From the human T2T-CHM13v2.0 reference genome, Homo sapiens: DNA of 64,000 nt. The notes below the pieces were generated by a model that had not been told where the DNA came from, did not search any database, and was given only the letters and a program-made list of their open reading frames with translations. This document shows, in pieces, positions 44,679-61,691 of this stretch. The DNA is taken from the NCBI RefSeq assembly GCF_009914755.1, contig NC_060926.1, one strand, 5' to 3'. The first letter of the stretch is position 1. Each line of letters starts with the position of its first letter. A program made the position numbers and the translations under genes.

Positions 44679-45425
44679 CGATAGTGGCAGGAGGCAGACA
44701 AATGCCTAGGCAGACAGGGGCAGGTCCCTGGTGAAACCCAACCTTCAAACCAAAGACAGTTTTAAAGCCTGAAAGTCAAGCTACGAGTCCTGGGTAAATC
44801 CATGGACTGGATTGAGAGCCTCTCTTCCTGTTTGGTATGCTTTCCTCTGATTGATTCCCACCCTTCACCTATTTTACATATACTTACCTTCCCTAATTGG
44901 TTTTTTACACTGTCATGCCCACCTTTGAGTGGTGCCTTTGTTTTAGCCTTTTTGCATACTCACAAACCTATCAGCACACACTCCCCGTTCTGAGCCCATA
45001 AAAGCCCTGCAACCAGCCATACTGGGAGGGAGACCATCTGACTTTGGGTGGGGGATCACCCTGTCATCTCCTCTCCACTAAGAGCTGTTCTGTCACTCAA
45101 TAAAATTCTTCTCCACCCTCCTCACACTTCCACTGTCAGCATAACCTCATTCTTCCTGGATGCAGGACAAGAACTCAGGGATTGCCAAATGTGGATACGA
45201 GCTGCAACACAGGCGGGTTGGGGCATGCCCAGCATAGCTGTGGGATGAGCGCGGATCCTGCAGCCAGCACAGGATCTGGGCCAGTGTGCAAGCCAGGTGT
45301 GGCCCAGCTGGCCAAGTGGACGGGGCAACTCCTGTGGCAGGCCTGGGGCCAACAGGCCCAGGTGGGGATGACACTGGCCATGGAGGTCCCTGGCTGGCAA
45401 AGTGACCAAGAAAAATCCTGCATCA
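44679..45425 (+). mobile_element. ERV1 solo LTR, LTR27-like (LTR1/27/28 group)
   Basis: Begins (c)gatagtggcaggaggcagacaaatgcctaggcagac, ends gaaaaatcctgcatca; TATA-like cccataaaa near 44995 and AATAAA at 45099-45104. Confidence 0.75.
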
Positions 45426-46511
45426 CTGTCATCTCAGCACTTTGAGAGGCCAAGGTGGGAGGATCACTTGAGCCCAGGAGGTCGAGGCTGCAGTGAGCCA
45501 TGTTGGGACCACTACATTCTAGCTTGGGTAACAGAACAAGACCCTATCTCAAAAAAAAAAAAAAAAAAAGTTCAATTTAATAAAATCAGGACTAATAACT
45601 GTGTAGAACTTTTTTCATGATAATTATGGCTACAATTCACTTGTAATTAATTGTAAGGAGATGATAAGCAAAAACATGATGAATCGGCATCTAAGTACTG
45701 AAGGAAGTCAGACAATCATCTCCAAAACAACTTCTGGTGCTACTGTCAGAATAATTTATTTTTAAGCACATTGGTGAACATCATCTCTATTTCATAAAAC
45801 AATCATACAAAATTTTTATTTTTATTTTTTTTTTTTTGAGACAGGGTCTCGCTCTGTCACCCAGGCTGGACTGCAGTGGTGTGATCATGGCTCACTGCAG
45901 CCTCAACCTTCCACACTCGAGCCATCTTCCCACCTTGGCCAAGTAGCTAGGATTATAGGCACACACCACCACGCCTGGCTAATTTTTGTATTTTTTGAAG
46001 GTCCCACTGTGTTGCCCAGGCTGGTCTTGAACTCTTGGGCTCAAGCAATCCTCTTGCCTTGACCTCCCAAAGTGCTAGGATTACAGGCATAAGCCACCAC
46101 ACCCAGCCCAAAATTTTCATAGATGGCAAAAATTTAATAAGAGTTGTTTGGTTTTTAAAAATTAACGAATAAGTTAAATTTATTCTGTCACCTCCTTAAT
46201 TTCACAGAGTGAAATTAAATTCACTCTGTCACCCAGGCTGGAGTACAGTGGCATGATCTTGGCTCACTGCCTCCTCCACCTCCCGAGCTCAGGTGATCCT
46301 CCCACCTCGGCCTCCTGAGTAGCTGGGACTACAGGTGCACACCACCACACTCAGCATGTATTTCTATTTTTAGTAGAGACAGGCTTTTACCATGTTGCCC
46401 AGGCTGGTCTCGAACTCCTGGGCTCAAGTGATCTGCTGGCCTCAGCCTCCCAAAGTGCTAGGATTACAGGTGTGAGCCATTGGGCCCAGCCAAGAGTTGT
46501 TTTAGCAGGCA

Positions 46512-46624
46512 AAAAAGAAGAAAAAGGAGGAAGAAAACAAAGAAGATGGAAAAGAAGGAAAAGGACGGGGAGGGAAGGGAAGGAGAGGGGAAAGGAGAAG
46601 GGGAGGGAGAGGAAAAGAAAAAGG
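46512..46624. repeat. GA-rich low-complexity polypurine tract
   Basis: About 110 nt almost entirely A/G on the + strand. Confidence 0.85.
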
Positions 46625-47598
46625 TTTGTTAGAGTGTAACCTTCAGTACGAATCATTTCCTTAAGTCTTCTGTGACCTTGTCAGGGGTTCCTTCTCCTGC
46701 ATTCTGGCCAATGTGTTCTGCCAAATGCCCTGTCTTCAACCAGAACTAACAACAGTACTAGTTAGGTTTTGTGGATGAACATGGATTTTGGATGAAGACA
46801 GGCTTATATTTAATCCTGGCACTGCCATTACTAGCTGGTGACCATGGGCAAATTACTTTCACTTTGTGAATCTGTCTCTTCTTTTTTAATATAGAGATAA
46901 TATGATACAGTATTGACCTCACAGGAAGGTTAGCATTATGAATAAATGTAGGGGAAGAATCTAGCACAGTGCCTGATGCATGATTAATGGTCCATAAACG
47001 TAGTGCCCTTATTCCTCACCCTTTGACTCCCTATCCCTTTTTCTATCCTGTTAAATAAGTAAGATTTCCTTACTTTTCCTTGAAATTAGAAGAAAATCTC
47101 TTTGCATCTACTTAGGTGCCACATTGACTCCTCCCAAATCCAGAGGTGCCCCTTAAACTGAAAGCACCCCTAGTTCAAGGCAACAAACAAGAGTTGAAGA
47201 GGCACCTAAGCCCAAATTCTCAGGTCGGAGTTCTCCAAACACGGGATCCTTAAGCAGCTGCCTTTCATCCCCCTTGGTTCATGAAGATGTACAGAGGGGC
47301 CCTGTCACTGGCAGCATAATTGCTTGAACCCAGGAAGTGGAGGTTGCTGTGAGCCGAGATCGTGCCACTGCACTCCAGCCTGGGTGACAGAATGAGACCT
47401 CAATCTCTGTCTAAAAAAAAAAAAAGCCTGGGCGTGGTGGCTCACTCCTGTAATCCCAGCACTTTGGATGCTGAGGTGAGCAGATCACGAGGTCAGGAGT
47501 TCGAGACCAGCCTGACCAACATGGTGAAACCCCGTCTCTACTAAAAATATAAAAATTAGCTGGGCGTGGTGGCGTGCGCCTGTAATCCCAGCTACTCA

Positions 47599-47751
<153 letters not shown>

Positions 47752-48381
47752 CTAAAGATGAATGAGATGAATCATGAGATATAAATTGCCCTGGTTAAAT
47801 AAGCCTACATCCACTATTGTTGAAGATAGACAGGTGCACAAACAACATCAAGATGTTCTTAGAGTTGCAATAGGAGTATTCCTACATGCTACAATAGCCC
47901 AGAGGAAAATGCAATTCATTCTGTCTGTTTTGTGTTGCAGCAAAAAGTTTATTTTGCCTATGTGCGGTCCTGATTCCTGGTTATGTGTCTATGAAGCATT
48001 CAGACTCACTTAAAGTGGAGGACTAGGGGCCAGGTTTTTAAGTCAGGCAGGGTAGGGGTACAGGGAGCAGAGAAAGGAGTGTAATCAAACACCATGCAGA
48101 AGTGCAGGGTATGCTTAGAGTATAGAGGGCAGAGCAAAGAAAGACGAGGCAGAAAGACTAGCTGGGGTGGGATATAGACAGGCTTGAGCACCTCCACCTC
48201 ACAGAATTTGGACTAAAATTGGGGCAAAAAATATTTTTGTTAAACAAAAGAGATTTTATTTTATTTTTATCATTATTTTGAAACAGGTTCTTGCTCTGTC
48301 ACCCAGGGTGGAGTGCAGTAGCACAAGGTGCATCCCGGGATCAAGCCTTCCTCCTGTCTCAGCCTCCCCAGTAGCTGAGAC

Positions 48382-49018
48382 TGATACAGGAGGTAGAAAG
48401 AAATTATTTAGGCAGATAGTGAGGGCAAATGAGTCCTCAGCAGAGCTTCCTTTCTAACAAAAAGCAGCCCAAGAAATTAGTTTTCTCCTAACAAAAAGTA
48501 GCCTGAAAAATCTAGCTGCAAACATAGGTAAGCAAGCTGGAACATTGCACAGGGGAATGCTGGCAGCTGTGTCAATAGAAAAGGGGTACCTGGGGGCCAG
48601 GCATGTCCATCATGGAAGCTTCATCTTCCTTTTTGTTAGCACGTGTACAGTAAGAAAGAAGTGGGCAACATGGCACAGCTTAGGCTGAAAACCCGCCTGC
48701 ATAATAAAATACTGGGGTGGGGGCTGCCAGAAAATCGTGCCCCATGCAAATGGCACACCTGGTCCTAACCAGCTTTTTGTGCCCTACGTAGATCAGACAC
48801 AACTTTCCAACCAGCTCATCTATAAAACCTTCTGCATTTCACCGTGGGTCGACAACCCATTTTTCTGGGACCCCTCTCTGTAGCAGAGAGCTATTTTCTT
48901 TCTTTTGCCTATTAAACTTCCTGCTGTTAACCTCACTCTTTGTGTGTCCATGTCCTTGATCTCTGTGGCTGTGAGACAATGAACCTCAGGTTTTACCCCA
49001 GACAATGAGGCTGCTTCA
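48382..49018 (+). mobile_element. MER50-type ERV1 solo LTR inserted into an Alu
   Basis: TG...CA termini (tgatacagg...gctgcttca) with exact 4-bp TSD agac at 48378-48381 and 49019-49022. Confidence 0.88.
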
Positions 49019-49077
49019 AGACTACAGGTGCATGCCACCACAGCCAGCTAATTTTAAAATATTTTTTAAAGACAGAA

Positions 49078-50098
<1,021 letters not shown>

Positions 50099-50192
50099 GG
50101 GTGTCACTATGTTGCCCAGGCTGGTCTCAAACTCCTGGGCTGAAGTGATCCTCCCACCTTGGCCTCCCGAAGTGCTGGGATTACAGGTGTGA

Positions 50193-50519
<327 letters not shown>

Positions 50520-50939
50520 TGAGCCCCTGTGCCCGGCCGAGACAGAATCTCTGTCACCCACACTGGAGTGCAGTAATCCAATCATAGCTCACTGCTGCCT
50601 CAACCTCCGGGGTCAAGTGATCCTTCCATCTCAGCCTCCCGAATAGCTGGGACCACAGGTGTGCACCACAACGCCTGGCTAAGTTTTTTATTTTTTTGTA
50701 GAGATGGGGTCTCACGATGTTGCCCAGGCTGGTCTTGAACTCCTGGGCTCAAGCAATTCTCCCACCTCAGCCTCTCAAAGCACTGGGATTACAGGCATGA
50801 GCCACCCTGTTAGACTATTTAGCCTGTTAGACTATTTAGCCTAGTCTAAATAAATGATATTTTAAGAGAGTGGGAGCGTAGAAGCAGGTCCTTTTGTGAA
50901 GCATATTAAAAATATATAATAATGTTCACACATGGGTTT

Positions 50940-51560
<621 letters not shown>

Positions 51561-51864
51561 ATTCATTCCTGAAAGTTCACATTTTGGGAAAAGAAAATTT
51601 CCCAAATTTTGCAGAGGGATGGAGGGTTAGTTTCCTTAAAAGATGGGAAATGTGTATTTCCTTTCCCTCTTCAATCACTGTTGCTAGGTTCAAGTAACTC
51701 TAAGGTGCCTCCTCCCCACAGCGTACTGGGGACAGGATCTGCAAATTATCACACCCAGTCTTATCACCAGTTATATAACCTGTAGGCCATTCTCTGACCT
51801 CTAAACCTTCCATATCCATTGTTTTGTGGGCTCTCAGCATCACATTCTTTTTCTTAGTCTCTTA

Positions 51865-52113
<249 letters not shown>

Positions 52114-52315
52114 CTATCTCAAAAAAAAAAAAAAAAAAAAGAAAAAGAAAAGAAGAGAAAAAAAAATTACTGGTCTTTTAAAAAATTTTTGACATTATTT
52201 CAGACATACAGAAAGGTTACAGGAAAAGTTCAAAGAATACTTGTATACTCTTCCCCACTTGTTAATATTTTACATTTGCCACTTGTTTTATGGGTTTTTT
52301 TTTATGTATATACAT

Positions 52316-53348
<1,033 letters not shown>

Positions 53349-54499
53349 TACAAAGCATTATTTTTTTCTGAACTATTCAAAAGTAAGTTACAGACATGGT
53401 CCTTTAGTACTAGAAGCAAGTGCAATATATTCTCTTACATTACTGCATGCGATTAGCTAACACTGATAAAATGCTATTAGCTAGTTGCAGACTTTATTCA
53501 TATTTTGCCAATTGTCCTATAATGTCATCTATAGCAAAAGAGAGAAAAAAAGAAGCAAGAAAGAGAAAAAAAGAAAGACAAAAAGTTTTGGGTCCAGAAT
53601 CCAATCCAGAATCAAACAGCATTTAGCTGTCATGCCTAGGCTCCTTTAATGGAGAACAGTTTCTCATTCTTTGTCTTTCATGGCCTTGGAGCTGTCAAGA
53701 GTACAAGCAATTTATCTTGTAGAATATCTCTCACTTTGGGCTTGTCTGATATTTCCTTGTGAATAGATTAAGATCTACTAGTGTGTTCCAAAGCTTTACA
53801 ACTGTTTTTTTTCCTGGACAGTTTTAACATTCTAGGTCTGTGATCTTTCTTCTCAATGTGAAATGAGGAATCTGTAACCGTTTTTAGGAGACTCATTGGT
53901 TTAGGAAAATCACCTTATTAAATTTACAGACTTGTTAAGAGCTACGAAGTGATGTGTCTCCTCAATGGATCCTATCAGAAGGCATATATGTGTGTTCCCT
54001 TACTGGGTGGTGCTAACTTTGATCACGTGGTTGAAGCAGTAACTGTCATGTTTCTTCACTGTAAATTTACCATTTTCCTTTCCTTCCTGGAGGCTAGAAG
54101 TAAAGGTCAAGGTGTTGACAGGATTGGTTTCCCCTGTTCTTTGTTTGTTTGTTTTGTTTTTTGAGACAGAGTCTTTTTGTTGCCCAGGCTGAAGTGCAGT
54201 GGCACAGTCTCGGCTCCCTGCAACCTCTGCCTCCCAGATTCAAGCGATTCTCATGCCTCAGTCTCCCCAGTAGCTGGGATTACAGCGTCCGCCACGATGC
54301 TCAGATAATTTTTTGTGTTTTTAGTAGAGACGGGGGTTTCAACACATTGGCCAGGCTGGTCTCGAACTCCTGGCCTCAGGTGATCCGTCCGCCTTGGCCT
54401 CCCAAAGAGCTGGGGATTACAGAAGTGAGCCACCGCGCCCTGCCCTCCTTAAGTTTCCTTGCGGGAGAGATACTTTGAGACTATGCAAAAAGTTTGCGG

Positions 54500-54641
54500 G
54501 AAAAAATACAGGAAGCCCAGTTGAATCTGAATTCCAGATAAGCCATAAATAAAGTATAAATATGACCTCCCAAAGTGTTTATCTAAAATTCTGATTTGAT
54601 TGGGCATCTTGTGTTTTTATTTGCTAGATCTGGCAACCCTA
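54500..54641. mobile_element. MER53-like palindromic hAT element (one end truncated)
   Basis: aaaaatacaggaagcccagttgaatctgaattccagata ... tttttatttgctagatctggcaaccct, self-complementary arms. Confidence 0.75.
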
Positions 54642-55069
54642 TATGTAAATATCTTGCTCCTCATCCAACTTTCACCCAGTTGTTTTGACATCTATTGCTG
54701 CTTCTGAATCAGGGTTGCACATGCAACCCTGACGTCTGTCTCTGAATATCTTTTATGATTTTACTTTTTTTGTTGTTGTTTTGAGATATGGTCTCACTCT
54801 CGTCGCCCAGGCTGGAGTGCAGTGGCGCGCCTTCAGCTCACTGCAGCCTCAACCTCCTGAACTCAGGTGATCCTTCCACCTCAGCCTCCCCAGTAGCTGG
54901 TACTGTAGTCACGCGCCACCATGTACTGATTTTGGAAAATGGTGATTTTCTAACTCCATCATTCCTTTTACTTCTGTTCGTTGGCATTCTATCAGCTTGT
55001 CTTTTCATCCACCCTTTACAGTGCTTGGCACACAGTAGGCGCTCATATAATTGTTCAACGAATGAATGA

Positions 55070-56180
55070 ATGAATTTTTCTCTTGTGTTGTCCGTCCTTC
55101 GGTGACACTAGCGGCGTCAGGCAGGAGTTTGACTTCCTCAGCCTATCATGGCACGTTGCCGAGGCTTCAGCGCCTTACAGGACCTCGCTCCAGGCTCTTC
55201 TGGCTCCAATCAAAAGCAGGGCTCTTTCGGACTTCGCTTACGTTTAATAAAGAAAACCGGTTGGCCCCTTCGGCTCCACCTGGCTCAACAGACAGCCAGT
55301 GGCATGCGGCAGGGACCAATGGGTGGCGGAGGGAGGCGGGGCCTGCCACGAGGCCGCAGTATAACCGCGTGGCCCGCGCGCGCGCTTCCCTCCCGGCGCA
55401 GTCACCGGCGCGGTCTATGGCTGCGACTTCTCTAATGTCTGCTTTGGCTGCCCGGCTGCTGCAGCCCGCGCACAGCTGCTCCCTTCGCCTTCGCCCTTTC
55501 CACCTCGCGGCAGTTCGGTAAGAGGGTCACAGAGCTCGGTCAGCGCGGAAAGCTGAGGGGAACGGAGGGCGAGGGGCACACCGGGCCCCCGAGGGACACC
55601 GAGGGAAGTCCTTCCCGAACATCTCCGCCCCGGCGGTGGTGGCCGCTGAGGGGTGTGGCGGGGCGACGTGGCACCGAGCGCCGCCGCAGCTCTCGACTGG
55701 GGCGCTTCCTCGGCGCGGAGGGCTGGTACCCGAAGCCCGCCTTTCGGAGGGAGCCGCTCTCCTGCGACTCGGGGCGTCGCCGGGGCCCGTGGCCAGTCGG
55801 CGGGCGGGACGGGGGTGGCGTGCGGAACGCGAAGGCATCAGTTTACGCGGAGCCTTCCGACAGCGCCGGCCGCCTCTGGCTGGGATGCTGAGAGTCGTCT
55901 GGGGGAGAACAGGCGAGGGTTCCAAAAGAGCAGCCCTCGGCGAGTTGTCCTTGCGGGGACCCTAGCGGCGGAGGGCGCTGCTGCAGCTGATGAAATCGCG
56001 GAGCCGACTTGCTCGGGGTCCCCGCGCCGCCCTCCTCCCTCCGCCGGTGGGAGTGGCCCGCGCTGCCTCCGCTCTGCCAGGAACATGAACGGACTCTGGG
56101 CACCCTAGCTTTGGCTGCAGCCCACCCGAGCCTGTCAGTGCCGGGCTGCGTACATAGAGGTGGCAAACATCCGGGAGGCT
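55070..56180 (+). promoter_or_regulatory. MTHFD2 CpG-island promoter: CCAAT boxes (55206-55210, 55316-55320), GC box (55331-55342), TATA-like TATAA (55360-55364)
   Basis: CCAAT - GC box - TATA order directly upstream of the ATG; island extends into intron 1. Confidence 0.9.
55417..55517 (+). CDS. MTHFD2: MTHFD2 coding exon 1 (MAATSLMSALAARLLQPAHSCSLRLRPFHLAAV+R, mitochondrial presequence)
   Basis: Recognised N-terminus; Arg/Ala/Leu/Ser-rich with no acidic residues; 101 nt then |gtaaga. Confidence 0.97.
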
Positions 56181-57714
56181 CCCAGGGCCTTAGGGAAAGG
56201 GGGAATGGAGAGTGACAAGTACCCATATTTCAGCGGTACTTGCAGAATTTCAGTTTTACAAGATGAAGAGTTCTGAAGATGGATGGTGGTGATGGTTGCA
56301 CAACATATGAACGTATTTAATACCACTGAACTGCACTTAAAAATGGTTAAGATGGGCCGGGCGTGGTGACACGCGCCGAGGCTGAGGCACGAGAATCGCT
56401 TGAGCCCAGGAGTTCGAGGCTGCAGTGAGCCGTGATTGCACCACTGCCCTCCAGTCTGGGCGACAGAGCGAGACCCTGTCTCAAAAAAAAAAAAAAAAAA
56501 AGTTGATAAGGTTTATGTTATGTGAATTTTACCACAATAACAAAATTGGGAAAAATATACAGGGGAGGAGGAAAGGAAAAGCTCTGTTTGCATTTTTGGG
56601 TTTCCTTGGGAAGGTGATTTGGTCGGTCATTAGAGCGCTGGCATTGTTGGCATTGTTAGAGCCCTGCACCTTACAACATCAGCCCCTTCTTTTTTTCATC
56701 TAACGTTCACTGTGTACCAGACACTATGCCAAGCTGTGCGAATTCAAAGATGAGAAAAACTGTTCTTAATGGAGCTCATGTTCCTGACAAGGGGCAGAAC
56801 ACGCGTGTAATTTCCAGTCAGTGCGGAAATGCTGTTAGAAATATTTCAAAGGCGCTGCTTGTTGGAGCAATGAGTTCTTGAAGGAAAACGTGGGAGGGGA
56901 CTTTCAGGGTTTTCCCTGGTCTGACTCTTGACCTCCCCCATGTTTCGTTACTGTGTGTTTTCTCCCCTTCTCCCTCTTCCTGAGTGCTGGCCTCATGTGA
57001 CTGTGGACCAGACCTTTCCTAGGCTTCCATGGTCCAAAAGAGATTTATAAAGATGCTCTCATTCATTACCTAAAGAACTGGGCCAGTTTGTCTACACTCT
57101 CCAATAACAAATGCTCTTTTCACTACCTTTCTGAAAGAACAAGTAAGCTTCATCCACATCTCTGAAAGCAATCCATATTATCTGTACTGCACATTTGCTA
57201 TTTACAATTCCCACATATTGCTTTCTTACTGCTGCTTATTTTTTAAAATACTGTTTATTTTTAAATACTGCTTATTTTTAAAAAGTTGTATCCTTTTAAA
57301 AATATGAGTCTGCATTCTTTTTTTTTTTTTCTTTGTTGGATGGTATGAGAGTTTCAGGAACATAAACCTATGGTTGGAGAAATAGTAGCCTAGGAGACAG
57401 TGGGATTAGGAAGTCAATGGACTTTAGAGGCAGAAGTTTGCCTTTGAATCTTGTTTCTACTATCCTCAGTTTCATCTTCTGTATTACAGTGTTATTATAA
57501 TAGTCCCAAGGTAACAGAGTAATATATGTTAAAGTGTAAGCAAAACACCTAGTGTTTAATAGATGTTTGTTCCTTTCTCCATTATGTCTTCCTTCACTCA
57601 TTATTTTTCCCATTAATAATTGATAACAACTCTTCCCTAAATCACTTGATTATGAATTGTAAAATGTCCTGATACTAATTTCTCATGGAAAATTACAGTA
57701 CTGTAAGCTATTGA

Positions 57715-58096
<382 letters not shown>

Positions 58097-59314
58097 TGAT
58101 TACCTATCTTAATGGGATTTTTTTCTTTCCTTTTTTTTTTTCTTTTTTGGCAGGGGAATCTCTCCCTAGGTCAGGTTGGAGTGCAGTGCTGCAATCACGG
58201 CTTACTGCAGCCTTGACCTCCTGGGCTCAAGTGATCCTCCCACCTCAGCTTGTGAGTAACTGGGACCACAGGAGCATACCACCATGCCTGGCTAATTTTT
58301 TTTTTTTTTAACTTTTAGTAGAGATGGGGTCTCACCATGTTGCCCACGCTAGTCTTGAACTTGGCCTCCCAAAATGCTGGGATTACAAGGCCTGTGCCAC
58401 CATGCCCAGCCCTGGGAATTTTTTCTAAACACATCTGTGAATGCATTTAATTCTGGGATAAATGTTAGCTAATATAGTTACAATTTTGGATTCCCCGTGG
58501 GACTTAGCTGACTCTCCATTTCCCTGTTTATTTTGGGGTAGCAGTTAATCTGCCCCTTGGCAAAAGAGATGATGCTAAATTAGTTAATGACTCACTCCCA
58601 AGGCTGTATTTCACATTTTGCAGAGTTGTGGGAAGCAGAGGAGGGCTGACAGTTATACTATGAAAGATATTCATTGCATGTGACTTTGTTTTTGGTTCTT
58701 GTTACTCTTTGACTGTTTTTCTTTCTTTTCTTTTTTTTTTTTTAAGCAAATTGGCATAACATCCAGAACCTGCTTTTGGAAGCAAAGTTTGGGACTTGGA
58801 ACACTGGCTTTTCCCAGAACCCTGTGTCCTTAACTTTAGTATATGATTTTATCTGAATGTGCTAATACCATTTTCTCTAAGTTTACTGCTTTCAAAAGAA
58901 ACTTTTTATGAGGTGCAAGCTAAGTCATTCTCACTGACTAGATATACATATAGTGTATATACTTATATATATCTCCTTATGTGTAAGTGTATCTATTTTA
59001 AGGATACATGTGTATGTGTGTGTATATATACATATATATATAAAACCAAGAGAAAAGAGTAAGAAATTAGTTTTATTGAACATATATGCCTGGCACATTA
59101 TATATGTTTGTTATTTCATTCAACATAAATGACTGTTCTAAGCCGTTTTAAAGTAGTCTTTCACTCTGTAGTGTTCCAGGATTAGGAATGTATTTTTGGC
59201 CTGCGGTGGGCATTCCAGGTACTAATACAAATCAGGAATGAGGAATGTTGCCAGGTGTATTTGTATCAGCAAAACCCCCCTATTTTAATTTTTTTTTTTT
59301 GAGATGGAGTCTGA

Positions 59315-59578
<264 letters not shown>

Positions 59579-60616
59579 TGAGCCACCATGCCCGGCCTGC
59601 AAAACCCTTTTAATGAAGTCCTCTTCGACTCTAATTCTGAAATGGAATTGTGAATATTAATATGTTTTCAATTTCTTCATATACCATGGGTATAATTAAA
59701 TGCTATTATATGTTGTGCCATGCTAGTATTATATAAAATCAGGGTAAAAGTATTTGATTTGCTGTAAGATTGTAACTTTTTTCTTTTTTTGAGATGGAGT
59801 CTTGCCCTGTTACACAGTCTGGAGTGCAGTGGCGTGATCTTGGCTCACTGCAACCTATGCCTCCTGGGTTCGAGATATTCTCCTACCTCAGCTCCCGAGT
59901 AGCTGAGATTACAATTACAGGGTCCTGCCACCATGCCTGGCAAATTTTTGTATTTTTAGTAGAGGCGGGGTTTTGCCATGTTGGCCAGGCTGGTCTCAAA
60001 CCCCTGACCTCAAGTGATCTGCCCACCTTGACCTCCCAAAATGCTAGGATTACAGGCATGAGCCACCGTGCCTGGCCAGATTATAATAATTTAATACTTC
60101 ACAAGATGCAATACAGATTAAGATAAAGTTTATATATAAGATTATTGCATTATATCTAAGATGTTGAGATTTGGTTTAAAGTTGGTATTTAATCATAATG
60201 CAATAAAAAACACTTATTGAAGGCCTAAAGATTGTGAAAGCTTTAAAATCCCATTTAAATTAGCAGTTACTGGCCGGGTGCAGTGGTGGGTGCCTGTATT
60301 CTCAGCTATGGAGGCAAAAGCTGGAGAATTGCATGAACTTGGGAGGCTGCAGTGAGCTGAGATTGCTCCAGCCTGGGCAACAGAGCAAGACTCTGTCTCA
60401 AAAAAAATAAATAAATAAATTAGCAGTTATCTTGAGAATTAATTTTATCTGACCCTACAGGATATTCAGTACCTTGATGTTAGGTTTTAGAATATAAGAG
60501 GAGATTACTTCATTGGTCTTGAGGTTAGAGCAGTCTTCATGACACCAAGGACAGAGATCTAAAGGGAAAGGCTTTTTTTAATGGGATCATTTTACTTAAG
60601 GAAGAGATGCTCATCT

Positions 60617-60664
60617 ATTTTATTTTATTTTAGTTTAGTTTAGTTTAGTTTAGTTTAGTTTAGT
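60617..60664. repeat. (TTTTA)n(GTTTA)n pentanucleotide repeat derived from an Alu tail; similar simple repeats at 41772-41818 (TA) and 50215-50240 (TTA)
   Basis: Read directly. Confidence 0.9.
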
Positions 60665-61595
60665 TTTTTGAGATGCAGTCTTTCTCTGTCGCCCAGGCTA
60701 GAGTGCAGTGGGGTGATATCAGCTCACTGTAACCTCTGCCTCCTGGGTTCAAGCAATTCTCCTGCCTCAGCCTCCTGAGTAGCTGGGATTATAGGCGCGC
60801 ACCACCATGCCTGGCTAATTTTTGTATTTTTAGCAGAGACGGGGTTTTGCCATGTTGACCAGGCTGGTCTGGAACTCCTGACCTCAAGCAATCCACCCTC
60901 CTCGGCCTCCTAAAGTGCTGGGATTACAGGCTTGAGCTACCACGCTGGGCCAGATGCTCATCTTTAAGTAATGGGCACTTTACTGTAAGGACATGTGTGA
61001 AAATAGGAAAACTGGGACTCTTCCACATTTGGGTTTCATGGAACCCAGGAAGAGTTGCATAAGCAGTTCTCTTTGGGAAGAGACAGCCTTTCGGGCAGCT
61101 GAACATGGTTTTGGGAACTGGAGGTTCTTCTAGATCCTGATTTTTCTTCTTGCTCCCCACCTCAGCAACAGTTTTCTGATTTCTTGCCCTGTTGTCTCCC
61201 ATTGGTGTGACTATTATTCTGCCTATTCTTTCTGTCTTTGTTCTGTGGTTCTAGTTTGAACTGCCTCAGGGACGAGCTCTTACTGGTTCAACTAACTCTC
61301 ACTGCTCTGTTGAGCTAAGCTTTTGCGCCAACTGGACCACTGGCCAGCCTAGAGATTGTTGCCCTTGGCGTCACATACTCACTCCTGGTCTGTCAGCTTT
61401 GGATGATATGGTGGGGTCCCTGGGAAGAGCACATTGCCAACTGTGAGAAGGAGCTTCCTCCAGTCCCCTGCCCTGCCCCTATTCTTACCAGGAAAGTCTT
61501 CCCCAGAAGGGACTGTGGGGAGTGGTGGTCATTTTGATGTTTGACCTGTCCAGTATGTTGTTTGTTTGTTTGTTTATTTTTGAGACGGAGTCTAG

Positions 61596-61691
<96 letters not shown>

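Noticed and set aside
58700-58990. Long polypyrimidine tract ending in aag at 58746 with gtaagt at 58983, a possible cryptic MTHFD2 exon
   Set aside because: AAG acceptor is weak, the donor lies in TA/TG low-complexity sequence, and such pairs are common in introns.
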